Assembly: GCA_964019335.1 (NCBI GenBank)
Contig: OZ025648.1
Coordinates: 248,001-312,000 of the forward strand
DNA length: 64,000 bases
From: Diplonema japonicum
Lineage: Eukaryota > Protista > Euglenozoa: Diplonemea
Reading direction: 5' to 3'
Below, piece after piece: positions 11,224-22,400 of this stretch. The first letter of the stretch is position 1, and each line of letters opens with the position of its first letter. Both the position numbers and the translations under genes were made by a program. The notes under the pieces were generated by a model. It saw only the letters and a list, made by a program, of their open reading frames with translations, ran no database searches and was not told the origin of the DNA.

Positions 11224-12465
11224 CTAGTAAGGGTTGTTGAGGATGACAAATCCAAACTCCTTCAAAGCGTTGAAGGTTTCGATCCCAGTGGGCTGGATAA
11301 TGGTGGCAGGCGACGTGAATGTCCCGGGAAGCTCCACAGCAACAGAGTAACGATCCCCAAGCTCACCATAAGCATAATCAACAGAAGACCCGGACGCCAC
11401 GTAAATAACATGAGAAATAGGACCGTACGCGTACTGCTTGCCGTTGACTTGCTTAATGGCTGTAACGCACTTCTCGTTAGCGTCCATCTGGTGCTGGTAG
11501 TCCTCCGCGGGGGGCAGCGTCGTGGTCCACGACCAAGGGCTCATCCACATCTCCCCACAGCAGTGGAAATCAATGTAACCCTTCTGCCCGTGGGCCTTCA
11601 GGTACTCACCTACCGTTTTGACCTCAATCTCAGAAAACGCCTCCGAACCCATGTACGAGTCAGAGCATGGGTTGGTCGACGCACCTGGCCCACCCCACTT
11701 GTACCCCCAGTTCCTGTTAGGATCAGTTCCAATACAGTTCGACCCAGTATTGGGCGAGCGGGTTTTACGCCACATTCTGTCGTTTGTCCATGAGTAAGCA
11801 TAACCATCGGGGTTGGTGATGGGAAGGAAGGTCCATTCCAGAGAGTCGACAAGGAATTTAAGCTCGCCCGACGTTGTGTATCCATTGAGCAACTGGTAGA
11901 TCATGTAGAGGCCTGTAGCGGGTGACAACCACTCCCTGGCATGGATTGCGTAGTTTGTGAAGACCTTGGGTTTGTCTGCTGATGATGCAGCGCCTGTGAT
12001 GCGCATAGCTAAGAGGTCGCGTCCTTCGTATGACTTCCCCATGTGAACCAGGTCGACGAGGTCAGGGTAAGTGTGGCGCATCTCGTGGATCCAATCGATG
12101 ATCTCGTCGTAGTCGTGGTACTCAAAGTAGTTGAAGTTGTTCGCGCCCATGCCCCGCTTAAACCTTGTCCTGTTGTTGGTCTGTGCGTTGAGGAGCATTT
12201 CCAGGTTGTCGGTTTCAATGGAAGCAGTCATGTTGTGCTTGTTGAGAAGGTTCAGCACGCTGTCAACATTCTCAGGGGGAACTCTCATGTCTACTTTTTT
12301 CCCCACAACCGGGTCGTTCCAGAAGTCTATGTTCTCCATCTCTCGTTCCAACGCTTTTTTGTTTGCCTCGGTTGCCACTGTCGTTCTCAGGACCCTGTGG
12401 TCTTTGTATGATACCTTCTCACCCATGGTCGACGCAGCGACCGCGAGCACCAAGAACGCTCTCAT
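11224..12465 (-). CDS. Secreted zinc carboxypeptidase, M14A family, with propeptide
   Basis: Signal peptide, propeptide, IHAREW, NPDGY, WRKTRS, DPNRNW, third zinc ligand in IDFH, and catalytic Glu in VAVELP. Confidence 0.93.
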   Translation of the reverse strand: MRAFLVLAVAASTMGEKVSYKDHRVLRTTVATEANKKALEREMENIDFWNDPVVGKKVDMRVPPENVDSVLNLLNKHNMTASIETDNLEMLLNAQTNNRTRFKRGMGANNFNYFEYHDYDEIIDWIHEMRHTYPDLVDLVHMGKSYEGRDLLAMRITGAASSADKPKVFTNYAIHAREWLSPATGLYMIYQLLNGYTTSGELKFLVDSLEWTFLPITNPDGYAYSWTNDRMWRKTRSPNTGSNCIGTDPNRNWGYKWGGPGASTNPCSDSYMGSEAFSEIEVKTVGEYLKAHGQKGYIDFHCCGEMWMSPWSWTTTLPPAEDYQHQMDANEKCVTAIKQVNGKQYAYGPISHVIYVASGSSVDYAYGELGDRYSVAVELPGTFTSPATIIQPTGIETFNALKEFGFVILNNPY

Positions 12466-12977
12466 AGCAGTTTTTTTTTTTGCCCCCTCCTGTAAATGGG
12501 GTTTTCTTTATAGTTAGAATTTGCTGAATGAAAATCGGATGACTTTGTATTCTCTTTTTTTCTTTCTTGAAAAGTGATCTGGTCGAAGTGGATGAATCTT
12601 TTAAAAAAAAAAAAAAAAAAAAGAGTTTCCACGCAGTGGAAAGTGTCAGCAACGAACGGGCTAAACAATAAAATAAAAATTCATGCTCAAAGGGAATATT
12701 CTTGTTTTTTTTTGCTGATTTTTGACCCGAGATGTCCCCCTTATTTTTTCTTCCTCTTTTTTTTGATGAAGGGGTAGGTATAAAAAAAATTGTGGAAGAG
12801 AAAGAAAAAAAAACGCAAAGAGCAAAAAAAAAACCCCCCAACCAAAAAAAAGAAAAGGGGGGGGGGGGGAAGAAACACGCTAATTCCATAACGCTGTTTT
12901 TTCTTTTCCTTTTTTGTTTTTTTTGTTTTTTGTTCGTTCTTTTTTTTTTTTTCCCCTCTTTCTGTTCTCCCCCTGGT

Positions 12978-14606
12978 TTACTGCTCTTCTTCTGCTTCCT
13001 CATCTTCCATTTCCTCGTCCTCCTCGCTCTCAGCATCGCATTCGATCTCATAGGTAGACACAACATCCCAGCGGGAGCCAGGAGCGGACGCTGAGATGTA
13101 CTTCACAAAACGCATCATTTGTTCATCACGTGCCACAAGGGAGAGGGTATTGTTTGTTGCGTTGATAGAGAGGAGGTCATTGCCGGAATCTTCTTCATTG
13201 CCGTAGGTCTCTGCGGCGACAAGGTCGGAGGTGTCAGCTGCGATGTAGCACTCAAACCCACCAATGTCACCCGTCACCCACCCATCACATGGTGCAACAA
13301 AGCACAGCGTTGCGTCTAGTCTCGTGTCTGGTTCAAGCAGCTTGTGATACGCGACAGTGTAGTCCGCCCCTGCCCTGAACCGCCTCACCTCCCCAACTTC
13401 GCCCAGCGGCCTCAGCCCAGTCAGCACCGCCACCAGTCTTGTGAACGCTGCGCTTTTCATGACGTTGTTCCTCACCTCCTCGATTTTTGTTTTCCCCCCT
13501 TCGTACTTCAGGTATCTCTGCGTCACCGGCGACCCCACCAAGACCACCCCTTCCTTCACCCCTGCATCGTACTCTTTCATGAACTTGTCAGACCCCACCC
13601 CGTCCTTCTCGTCCAGCGCCATGCATTCCCCGAGCACCTCCACCGCAAGTTCTTTTTTCAAAAAGCTCATCAGCTGCACCGACCCGTCCTCGGCGAACTT
13701 CTTGCGGATCTTTTCCCACGACTCGGGTTTCATGTATTCCTCGTTCACGTATTTCTCGAGGAAGGCGATGTCTTTCTTTGTAAGTGAGTCCAACCCGCCC
13801 TCGGGGATGGGCTCTTTGAGAGGCCCGAACACGGTGGGCTCCTTCTTGAGATCCTTGAGCATCGCGAGGGAGCTGGTCTCTTCCGCGTTGGGAGGGGGCT
13901 TGGCAGAGTGGAACCAACCTTGGAGGGAGAGGCGGGGGGTGTCGTCTTGAAGGGTTTCGGCAACGGAGTGGAAGGTAACGCCGGGAGTGACTCTGAAGAC
14001 GACCATTGTGTTGGAGGTGGGGAGCACACGGGAGGTGGGGAGGTTCTCGGGGAGGCCGTCCTTGGTGTCATAGAGCTCGAGGGAGCCGCCCATCTCGGGA
14101 GTCCACGCTTCGTCAGGGTCTGTCAGGTAGATGATGAAGGACACAGCACGGGTGCCAATAACATCATCGTGGCATAGAAGGTGCCCGCCCTTGGAGTAGG
14201 CTTGCATCGCCATGTCAACACGCTCAGTGAGCTCCATTGAGGTACCGCATACTTCGCGCACGAACTCCCTGAACTCTTTCGAGTAAAGTGCGTCGCGAAG
14301 TTTCACGATCGTCGGCACCTTAGCCCGCATCTCCATCAGCTCCTCGTCTTCGCATTCCACGAAGTTCGCCAAGTCCAACGTCTGATACATCTTGAACAGA
14401 TCCGTCTCTTTGAAGTTCGTGTTCAGATTGTCCTTCGCTTCCTTCACAATCTTCCTCAACGAGTCCCCACACAACAGGTTCTGCACGGCCGTGTGTGCAT
14501 ACGGCTTCCCTTTCTCATGCTCCCCTGCGTACACCTTCACCTTTTCCAACGTTTCCTTGTTGAAAAGGCTCGCGTGATCTACTTTTCGCTTTTTCTGAAC
14601 AGGCAT
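12978..14606 (-). CDS. OGFOD1: Ribosomal prolyl 3-hydroxylase Tpa1/OGFOD1 (2OG-Fe(II) oxygenase plus Ofd1 C-terminal domain)
   Basis: KETDLFKMYQT, HLLCHDDVIGTR, TFHSVAE, RLSLQGWFH, RRFRAGADYT, FVKYISASAPGSRWD. Confidence 0.9.
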   Translation of the reverse strand: MPVQKKRKVDHASLFNKETLEKVKVYAGEHEKGKPYAHTAVQNLLCGDSLRKIVKEAKDNLNTNFKETDLFKMYQTLDLANFVECEDEELMEMRAKVPTIVKLRDALYSKEFREFVREVCGTSMELTERVDMAMQAYSKGGHLLCHDDVIGTRAVSFIIYLTDPDEAWTPEMGGSLELYDTKDGLPENLPTSRVLPTSNTMVVFRVTPGVTFHSVAETLQDDTPRLSLQGWFHSAKPPPNAEETSSLAMLKDLKKEPTVFGPLKEPIPEGGLDSLTKKDIAFLEKYVNEEYMKPESWEKIRKKFAEDGSVQLMSFLKKELAVEVLGECMALDEKDGVGSDKFMKEYDAGVKEGVVLVGSPVTQRYLKYEGGKTKIEEVRNNVMKSAAFTRLVAVLTGLRPLGEVGEVRRFRAGADYTVAYHKLLEPDTRLDATLCFVAPCDGWVTGDIGGFECYIAADTSDLVAAETYGNEEDSGNDLLSINATNNTLSLVARDEQMMRFVKYISASAPGSRWDVVSTYEIECDAESEEDEEMEDEEAEEEQ

Positions 14607-14729
14607 CTTTCTTTACGTGTCAATGATACCTTTTAGTGACTTAGTGGAGGAACAAGAAGGTGTTAAAAAGAAGTGAGTACCCAAAGAAAGAAATAATAAC
14701 ACAATAAATAACAAAAAGAAAAAATCTAT

Positions 14730-14980
14730 CTAGTCTGAGTCAGTTGAGTCAAAGCTGCTTTTTCGCATTCCCCGCAGGACGGGTCTCTGCGGCACATCGT
14801 CACTGTCGCTGTCACTGTCGTAAGCCTTGCGTGCCGGCTTTGAGGCTTGTTTGCGTGCAGGTTTTTTCGCTTTTTTGGTAGTTTTTTTGTGCTCTTCAAG
14901 AGATCTTTTGATAATCTCTTCCTCCTCGGTATCCATGTCAAAACCGTGGGCGGCAGGGGGAGAAGGGGGTGTCGGCGGCC

Positions 14981-15011
<31 letters not shown>

Positions 15012-17941
15012 CTCCTCCTCTTCTTCTTTTTTAACAGGTGCCTTTACTTCCCGGCCCTTTGGTTGTAGCTTTTCCTCAATGGATGCAAGGGCTGAAGACT
15101 TTCGACGGACGACAGGCCTTTTTGGTGTACGTGGCGACTGTGCCAGTGGTTGTTGTGCACGAGGTGAGGCTGCACGCGGTGACTCATCATCAAAGCCTCC
15201 ATCCTCAGACAGAGTGCCGTCGCTGTAGGCCGTCTCATCATCGTAGCTAGACTCACCGCGTGGCGACCCTGGTGTAGACGGTGCCCTTACACCACCACCC
15301 CGTTTCACTTGCACAGTCACCTTCCCCGCTGCTGGGATACGCGCTAGCAGCTCTTCCCTGCTTCGCACAGGTACGTCACCCACAGCAATAATCTTCATCC
15401 CCGGCAGGATGCCCTTTGCGTATGCCTGCCCGCTGTCTGAAACAGAGTCAACCGCATTCCACATAAGCTGCCCGAAAACCTGTTAATGTTGAATAAAAGG
15501 AAGGCTGGGCATACCATCCCGAGGTCCTCGTCCAGGTCAAGCACAGTTACCATCACGTTGTCGATCCACTCGTCCAGTGTGAGATGCGATGCTGCTGGGA
15601 GGTTCACACACCTCCTGACTGGGTACTGTCTTGAGCTGACCCATGCAAGAACAGTTGCACTCCCTCCCAGTATTTCCTTTTGTCCCACCTGTATCTGGTT
15701 TATTTGGCACTCAACAGATGCGTCCTTGCTTGGTTCACGGGTTCGCACAACCGGCTGACGTGGTGAACTACTTGCCACAGGAGCGGGTTTTGTTTCCAGT
15801 TTGTTCTGCAGAGTGGAATTCTCTTTTTTCAGCCGTTCGATTTCCTTCGTTGCAGTTCGCCCTTCTGTCTCCAATGCGTCGATGCTGTCCATCAAAGTTG
15901 CCTTTTCCCCCTCACAGTAAGCCAGTTCCTTTCGAATATTTTCCAGTTCCTTCCTTGTGGTCTCTCTTCCTTCCTCCAGTTCCTTCTTCACCGCGTCGTG
16001 CTCCCTTTGCAACGCCCCGACCGAGTCTGCCTGCTCCTGTAAGGCTTGTATCTCTTTGTTCCGCTGTGCGAGTTTTTGTTCTTCTTCTTTCAGGGACTCC
16101 TGTTTTGCGGCCAGCCACTTGCCTTTCGAATCCGCTTTGACCACCTTGTCCACCATCATGCCCCGCTCCTGCTTCAATTCAAAGAGATTTTCTGTGAGGG
16201 CGTCGTAGCTCTGCTGCAGCTCGCTAATTTTCTCCTTTGATGTCCTTTCTAGTTCCTCCAGCTTTCTTTCAAGACTTGCGTTTGTTTCGTCGCGCAGAGC
16301 GACGTGCTTTGTGGCTACCGAGAGCTCCTGCTCCAGCTGCTGCGATTCGTTTGCTGACGCTGACAGCCCCTCTGTGGCCCGCTGCAGCCGCACATCGTAT
16401 AGCAGAGTAGATCGGAGCTGCCTTTCCTCCGCTTCAATGGTCTCACGCTTTGATGCCTCGACCTCCATCTCTATGGACAGGGTGCGTGTCGCCTTGTAAC
16501 GTAGCAGGGTGAGCTCTGCCTCCTGTTCGCGGAGGAGCTTCGAGTGTGCCGTCTCAGTACTTTGGAAGTGTTTTTTGAGCAGTGTCACCTCGCAGCTGGC
16601 AGATGTCTCCAGCGTGGACAGCTCACGGCGTGCTGCAGCGTCCGAGAGCTTCACAGTCTTCAGACTCGATTGGAGTTCGGAGACCTGTGCTTCCAACCCT
16701 GCTTTGTCCTTGGCAAAGGACAGTTTGGCAGCTGACAGCTTCGTGTTGGAGGCAGCTATCATGTAGTGCGCAGTCTGCTGGTAGTGCACCTGCCACAGAG
16801 TGTTCAAGGTGCCTTCTGCCTCAGTGCTGACCATGTTCCTGTAGACAACTTCCTCGCATTCAATGGCGCGCAGCTGTTCGTATGTCAGGGTTCGCCGCAC
16901 GCCGTCCACAATTAGCTCCTCACCGAGCTTTGCCTTTTTGAGGTCTTTGATCTCTTGCCTGAGGTTGATGATCTCAACCTCCTTCTCGGTGAGGGTCGCT
17001 GCCGTTTTGGCTTGGTTGAGGGTTGCTTGTGATTTTTGCATTTCGAGCTGTTTCAGGAACTCCGCCTTCATGAAGGCTTCCTGGCTGCTCTTGGTCAGCT
17101 CCCAGTGGGTTTCCTTGGATTGGTGTTTGATGGCCTCGGTGTCGGCAGCTTGTTGGTATTCCTGCTGCAAGAGCGAGTCGTTGTTGGCGAGCATCCATTT
17201 CCGCGTCTCCAGCTCGCGTTCTGCGTGTTTTGCGGTGAGGTTTTCCTCTAGTTCCGCAAGAGTCATGCGGAGCATAGTGCTGTTGAACCTCTCGAACGCG
17301 ATCTCCCTGATACCTTCCTCCTTGAGAACTAGCGCGTTCCGGAGGTACTGTTCCTGCTGCGAGACGACCAGCCACCCGAGGCCGTACTCACGCTGAAGGG
17401 ACATCGAGTATTCTCTTTTGAAACGCTTCGTCTCTGTTTCCTGCACGAGAAGAGCGTTCCGACATTGCTGAAGGAGGACGATCTCTGTGTTCCCTTTAAG
17501 ACTCTCCGGGGGCTTCCACACAAGGTTGACCTGGTTCTCTTTGAACGCTGTGAGTTCGGTAAAAATAGCAGCGTTGTCCTTAGTTTGCATGCGGAGGTGC
17601 TTCAAGGCGCTGTCGCGGTGTAGGGTTGTGATGGTTAACATAAACACTTGTAGCTCCATGCTTCTTTGATGTTCCAGTGAATGGCGTTTTGCGGTTTCCT
17701 TGCTTTCGAACAGAAGGGTTTTGTACAGTCTCGTGTCCGTGTCTGTGCGCTGGTGTCGCTTTCCCTTATGCGGGGTGATATTCTGGAAGGAAAGCTCCCT
17801 TGGGCTCATGAACCTCCTGGGTGTGGTTGATGGCATGGGCTGCTTCCCAGTAGTTGCCAAGACATCCTCTAAGTGTGCAATAAGTGAGTTCGGGTCGTAG
17901 TGCACCCCCGATATGTTGACACTGGCATCTGTACTATCCAT
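14730..17941 (-). CDS. Large coiled-coil protein with C-terminal PDZ domain and acidic tail
   Basis: ORFs 15395..17941 and 14730..15464 join via intron 15480..15514 (35 nt), giving DLGMVFG...AVDSVSDSGQAYAKGILPGMKIIAVGDVPV (PDZ). Confidence 0.75.
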
Positions 17942-18568
17942 TTTTTTTTATTATGTTTCGGGCATTTCTTTTTTTTTTTTTCCTTTCTTTTTTTTTTTTT
18001 TTTTTTTTTTTTGTATTTTCTGGGGGAGAAAGGCAAAAAAAAAAAAAAAAAAAAAGCTGTGAATTACAAGATGGGAAAAGAAGAAAAAAAAGAGAGAAGA
18101 AGAGAGATGAGTCAAAAAAAAAGGGGAGGCCGGGAGGGAATAAGAAAAGATGATTTTAGAGGGGGTAAAGGGGTACCCTCTCCCCGCAAAAAAAAAACCT
18201 TTTTTTTTGTGTCGTCCCCCCTTTTTTTTTCTATTTCGGAAGACAGAAGTAATAAAAAAAATGAAATAAATGGGGTAGGAAGGAGGCTACCTTATTATTT
18301 TCTTTGCGTTTTGAAAAAAAAAAAAAAAAGGTGCGGGTGAGGAGAGAGCAATATGGCTCTTCATTGTTATAAAGAGTGTCTTCTCATTTTCTTTTTTTTT
18401 TCCCTTCCAAGAAAAAAAAAACCCCTAAAGACAATGTAAAAAAAATATAAAAAATTCGCTACTTCAGAGTGATGGGACGATTTCTTTTCTTCTCTTTTTG
18501 TATCGCTAAAAAAAAAAAAAAAAACAAAAAACAAAAAAAAATCCCAAAAATGAGACTTCTATTTTTTG

Positions 18569-18599
<31 letters not shown>

Positions 18600-19430
18600 C
18601 CCTACATACCTTGCAACCTAAAAATCCTTATACTTTTTAGGATTAGCCAAAAAAAAAAACTTTTAGGTTGCATGTTCCTAGGGAAAGAAATCAAGGCCGC
18701 CTGGTCATATTCCTTGCATATTTATTGATTAAAAAAATCAACGGGGAACAGAGACAATACATCCCCCTTACCCAATAATTTTTCTCTTCTATAAAAACTC
18801 CCTTATCTTTTGTTTATTATTATTATTATTATTATTATTTTTTTTTTTTTTTGCTGGTTAGTTTACTTTCTTTTCTTATTTAAGTAAAACACAAAAAAAT
18901 CGGGGTTTTGCTTATCGATTCCCTACACATCGTAATTAAAAAAGGGGGGGGGGGGGGAAACACACCCAAGGGTGTATCCCATAGTGGAAGGAGAGGTGCA
19001 ACAGAAATAAGTACAGAGGAGTGATGAGTAACTCTTCACCCTCCTCCAGCTCCCAGTTCAGCTTTTTTTTTTTTCTTTATTGTTTTCTTTTTTTATTTTT
19101 ATTCCAAATAAAAAATTTGAAACAGAAAAATTTCTTGTTCTTTTTTCACTAGGGGGGGAGGGAGAAGTGTTAGCAACAACAACCCACCGTAAAAAAAAAA
19201 GAAAAAAAAACAGATCTTTACCAGTTTGGTACAAAAAAAAAAAAAAACAAAACACGACTTTGGGGGGGAGAGGAAGGAAGAGGATGAAGGGAGGTAGAAC
19301 AAAAAAAAAAAAAAATAGATTCTTAAAAAAAAAAATCCATTTTTTTTTCCTTTTTTTCCTTTTTTTTTTCCCCGCCGTTTTTGTGCGGCTCTATAACTTT
19401 CGACAAAAAAAAAAAAAAAAAAAAAAAAAA

Positions 19431-22400
19431 TCACATTGGAGAGTTTACATGGTCAGGAGTGCGAGCAGGGGACATCTCGCTGCTCTTGCCCACATCCGTT
19501 GTCCCAAGCGAGCTAATATTAGAAAATCCGGAGGACTTCTTGGCAACTAGGGTCGAACCCCTGTTCCCACGGAACGCACGAATAACTGAAATCCTGGTTT
19601 TGATGTTTTTAAGTGCCTCTGTCCAAGGTCTCCTCTTCACCACACTGACCTTCTTCTTCAATGCCCCTTCAAATAGTTCTCGCTGCTGCTTTCTCACATC
19701 CATCACCATTTTCAACTTCGTGTGAGCGGAGTACTCATAATCCTCGTCTTCCTCATCGTCTTCACCGTTTTTCTCGTTCTTTTCTTTTTCTTTTTCCGCC
19801 TCATGATCAAGCCTTTTGGTAACATGGGTAGATTCCTCAACTGGTACGAATCTTAGTAAGACGCCCCACGGCCACATTGTGAAGGCAATGGCCAGTGAGA
19901 CGCCCCACCGAATGCCGCCTGGGGAGGCGGTTTCCATGAACTCCCCTGCCACCTCTACCATGAACGCTTGAAAGCCCGACACGAATAAAACGATGGGGAG
20001 GAAGAACGGGCTGCGGCCGAAACCTTCAAAAAAGTTCTTTTCGTCGTACAACTTCCGCGCATGGAACCAATTGAAGACCTGCATGTAAATAAACACGTTG
20101 AACAGCACGGTGCGAAGCAAGGTTTCGTTGTCCTCATCGTGTTCGTCAATATCCTTCGGGCTGTACACTGCCGGGGCCCCGTTCACCATTGCTGCTAAAT
20201 CGTCGTGGGTTTCGAATCTTTTGAAAAAAAAAAAAGTTTTTTTTTTGTAAAAAAGCATACAGATCCCTGCCTGCAAAGATCAATGTCAACATAATCGCAA
20301 GCTGCCACAAAGAGTTCCCCAAAATGAACCTTCTCATCTTGTAGCTGATCAATGGTGCGTCTCGGTATGTCGGGGGTCTGTAAAATTGATTTTTTTTTTT
20401 TTCTTTACGATTCTAATGCTACAGTTTCTGTACTTCATTGGTGCCCGACCGTGCCAATAAAGTTTCACTCAGTAAAACGGTTTGAAAAGAAAATATTGGA
20501 AGTTGGAAGAGCGCGACACAGATCACATGAGAGGGCGACCTCCGAACCCCGAAAGCTGATCCAGGAGATGATGGGTGGAAGGACTGACCCCACGGGTTGA
20601 CGTGCTCGTTACGATCGCAGCAAGGACCGCCGCCACCTCGTACGCGCATCCGGAAAGATGGGGATTTTCATCAAGCCGAAGAACGTGGGCAGTGCCCTCT
20701 ACACGGCGGTTGGTGCAACAGCATGAGGTGCTGGTACATCCGGGGGGGTAAACCCCCAACCACGAGACTGAAGATCAAGTCCCCGACAGGACGGGACCTC
20801 AACTGCAGGATAGCGCCCGACGTTAGAACCCACCCGCGACAGATCAGGATGCCCCCTGTGTCACGCGATTCTGCCGAGGGGACATGTCTTCGCGCACCTG
20901 GAGAAGCTGCAGCGATACATGGCCACGGTGGTCGAGAAACGAGACGTGGAGCTCATGCAGAGTAAGGCACGCAGAGTCATGAAGCTGAACGCGGCATGCA
21001 GGGCACGGAATAAGCGACGCCCCTTCCCAGCGGACGAACAGAAGAGTGAAGTCCCTCATCGCCATTGGTGGGAAGACAGCTATGGGTATCTCCAGGAGGC
21101 CCATCTTCGCCACCCACTCCACGCACGACAAGTTGATGGAACTGAAAGCCGCCTACAAGCGAGACCGCATCATATTACTCCGCAAGACACTCACGGCCTC
21201 GATCGGGACGAAAGCAATACTCCAGAATGAGAGTATAAATAGATAGCCCCCCACCCAAGGGCGGCCCTCCATGAGGGGGTTTGTCCTGCACTTTTAGTTT
21301 TCTTTTTTTTTTTGTACCTTTCCAACAGTTCTTCGTTCGGGTTCTCCGTGCTCAACGCCATGGCGGCCATTGTGTCCATAATAAGGTTCGCCCACAGAAG
21401 GTGGATCGGGGCAAGCGGTGGCGACCCGTCACCGTTCGAGCGAGTCGCATCTTTAACAGCGCCGACAAAAGTGATGATGAGGAGGACCACATTGACAGTG
21501 AACTGGAACTGAAGGAACTTCCTGATGTTGTCGTTTACGTTGCGACCCCACTTGCACGCCTGTTGTGTGGGAGGTTTTTTTTTTTTTTTTTGTGTTTTCT
21601 TTGATGTTAACATACCTTCACAACACTGGCGAAGTTGTTGTCCAGCAAAATAATCTTGCACGCTTTTTTTGCCACGTCCGTTCCGTCGTTCATCGCGAAG
21701 CCCACATCGGCAAGCTTCAGAGCAGGGGCATCGTTGGTACCGTCGCCTGTGACCGCTACGACCTCACCGAGAAGCATCAGGTTGCCAACAAGAAGCTGTT
21801 TGTCAAGAGGCGAGCATCTCGCCAGCACCTGCAGCGATGGAAGCATCTCCATAAACTTTTGTTCGTCCTCGCAAAACATCTTCCTGAAGACCGGTCCTTC
21901 CATTGCCGTCCCGCCTTCTGTGTATATGCCGCACTGCTTCGAAATCGCCTTTGCTGTGTCAAGATTGTCACCTGTACACATTCTTACAACGACTCCTGCA
22001 GATTGGCATGATTCGACAGCACGAGGAACCTCATCCCTCACAGGGTCTTGAATCGCGCTGAACCCGAGAAGAACAAGGTTGTTGTCAAAAGGATCGTCCT
22101 CGGGGAAGGGTTCGTTGTGTTCGCCATGCACTCTGTACGCGACTCCCAATGTGCGCAGTCCCTTTGAGGCGAAGTCCTTCAGGCATTTCTTGGCCTCTTC
22201 CAAGTACTCGGGTGTCATCCCGTGCTCGTTGCCGTCCTTGTCTAGGTACGATGTGGAGTTTTCTAAGATCACCTCCGTGGCACCCTTAGTGTACTGGATG
22301 GTCTTGGACCCCAAGTGCTCATCTTGCTTCTTGACCAGAGTCGTCATTGATTTCTTGTCTGAGCGGAATGGGTACACGTGTTTTTCGGTAGCAGCCTCAC

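Noticed and set aside
19001-19020. Second SL relic (minus-strand TCTGTACTTATT)
   Set aside because: Only about 9-12 nt of similarity, which is expected by chance.
17900-19725. Short ORFs rich in poly-Phe/poly-Lys here and in other spacers
   Set aside because: Artefacts of A/T homopolymer tracts with no protein-like complexity.
20407-20560. A functional SL-RNA gene
   Set aside because: The first ~5 nt of the SL are missing, the SL is followed by GTGCCC rather than a GTATG-type SL intron, there is no nearby downstream T-tract terminator or tandem array, and it runs into decayed coding sequence.
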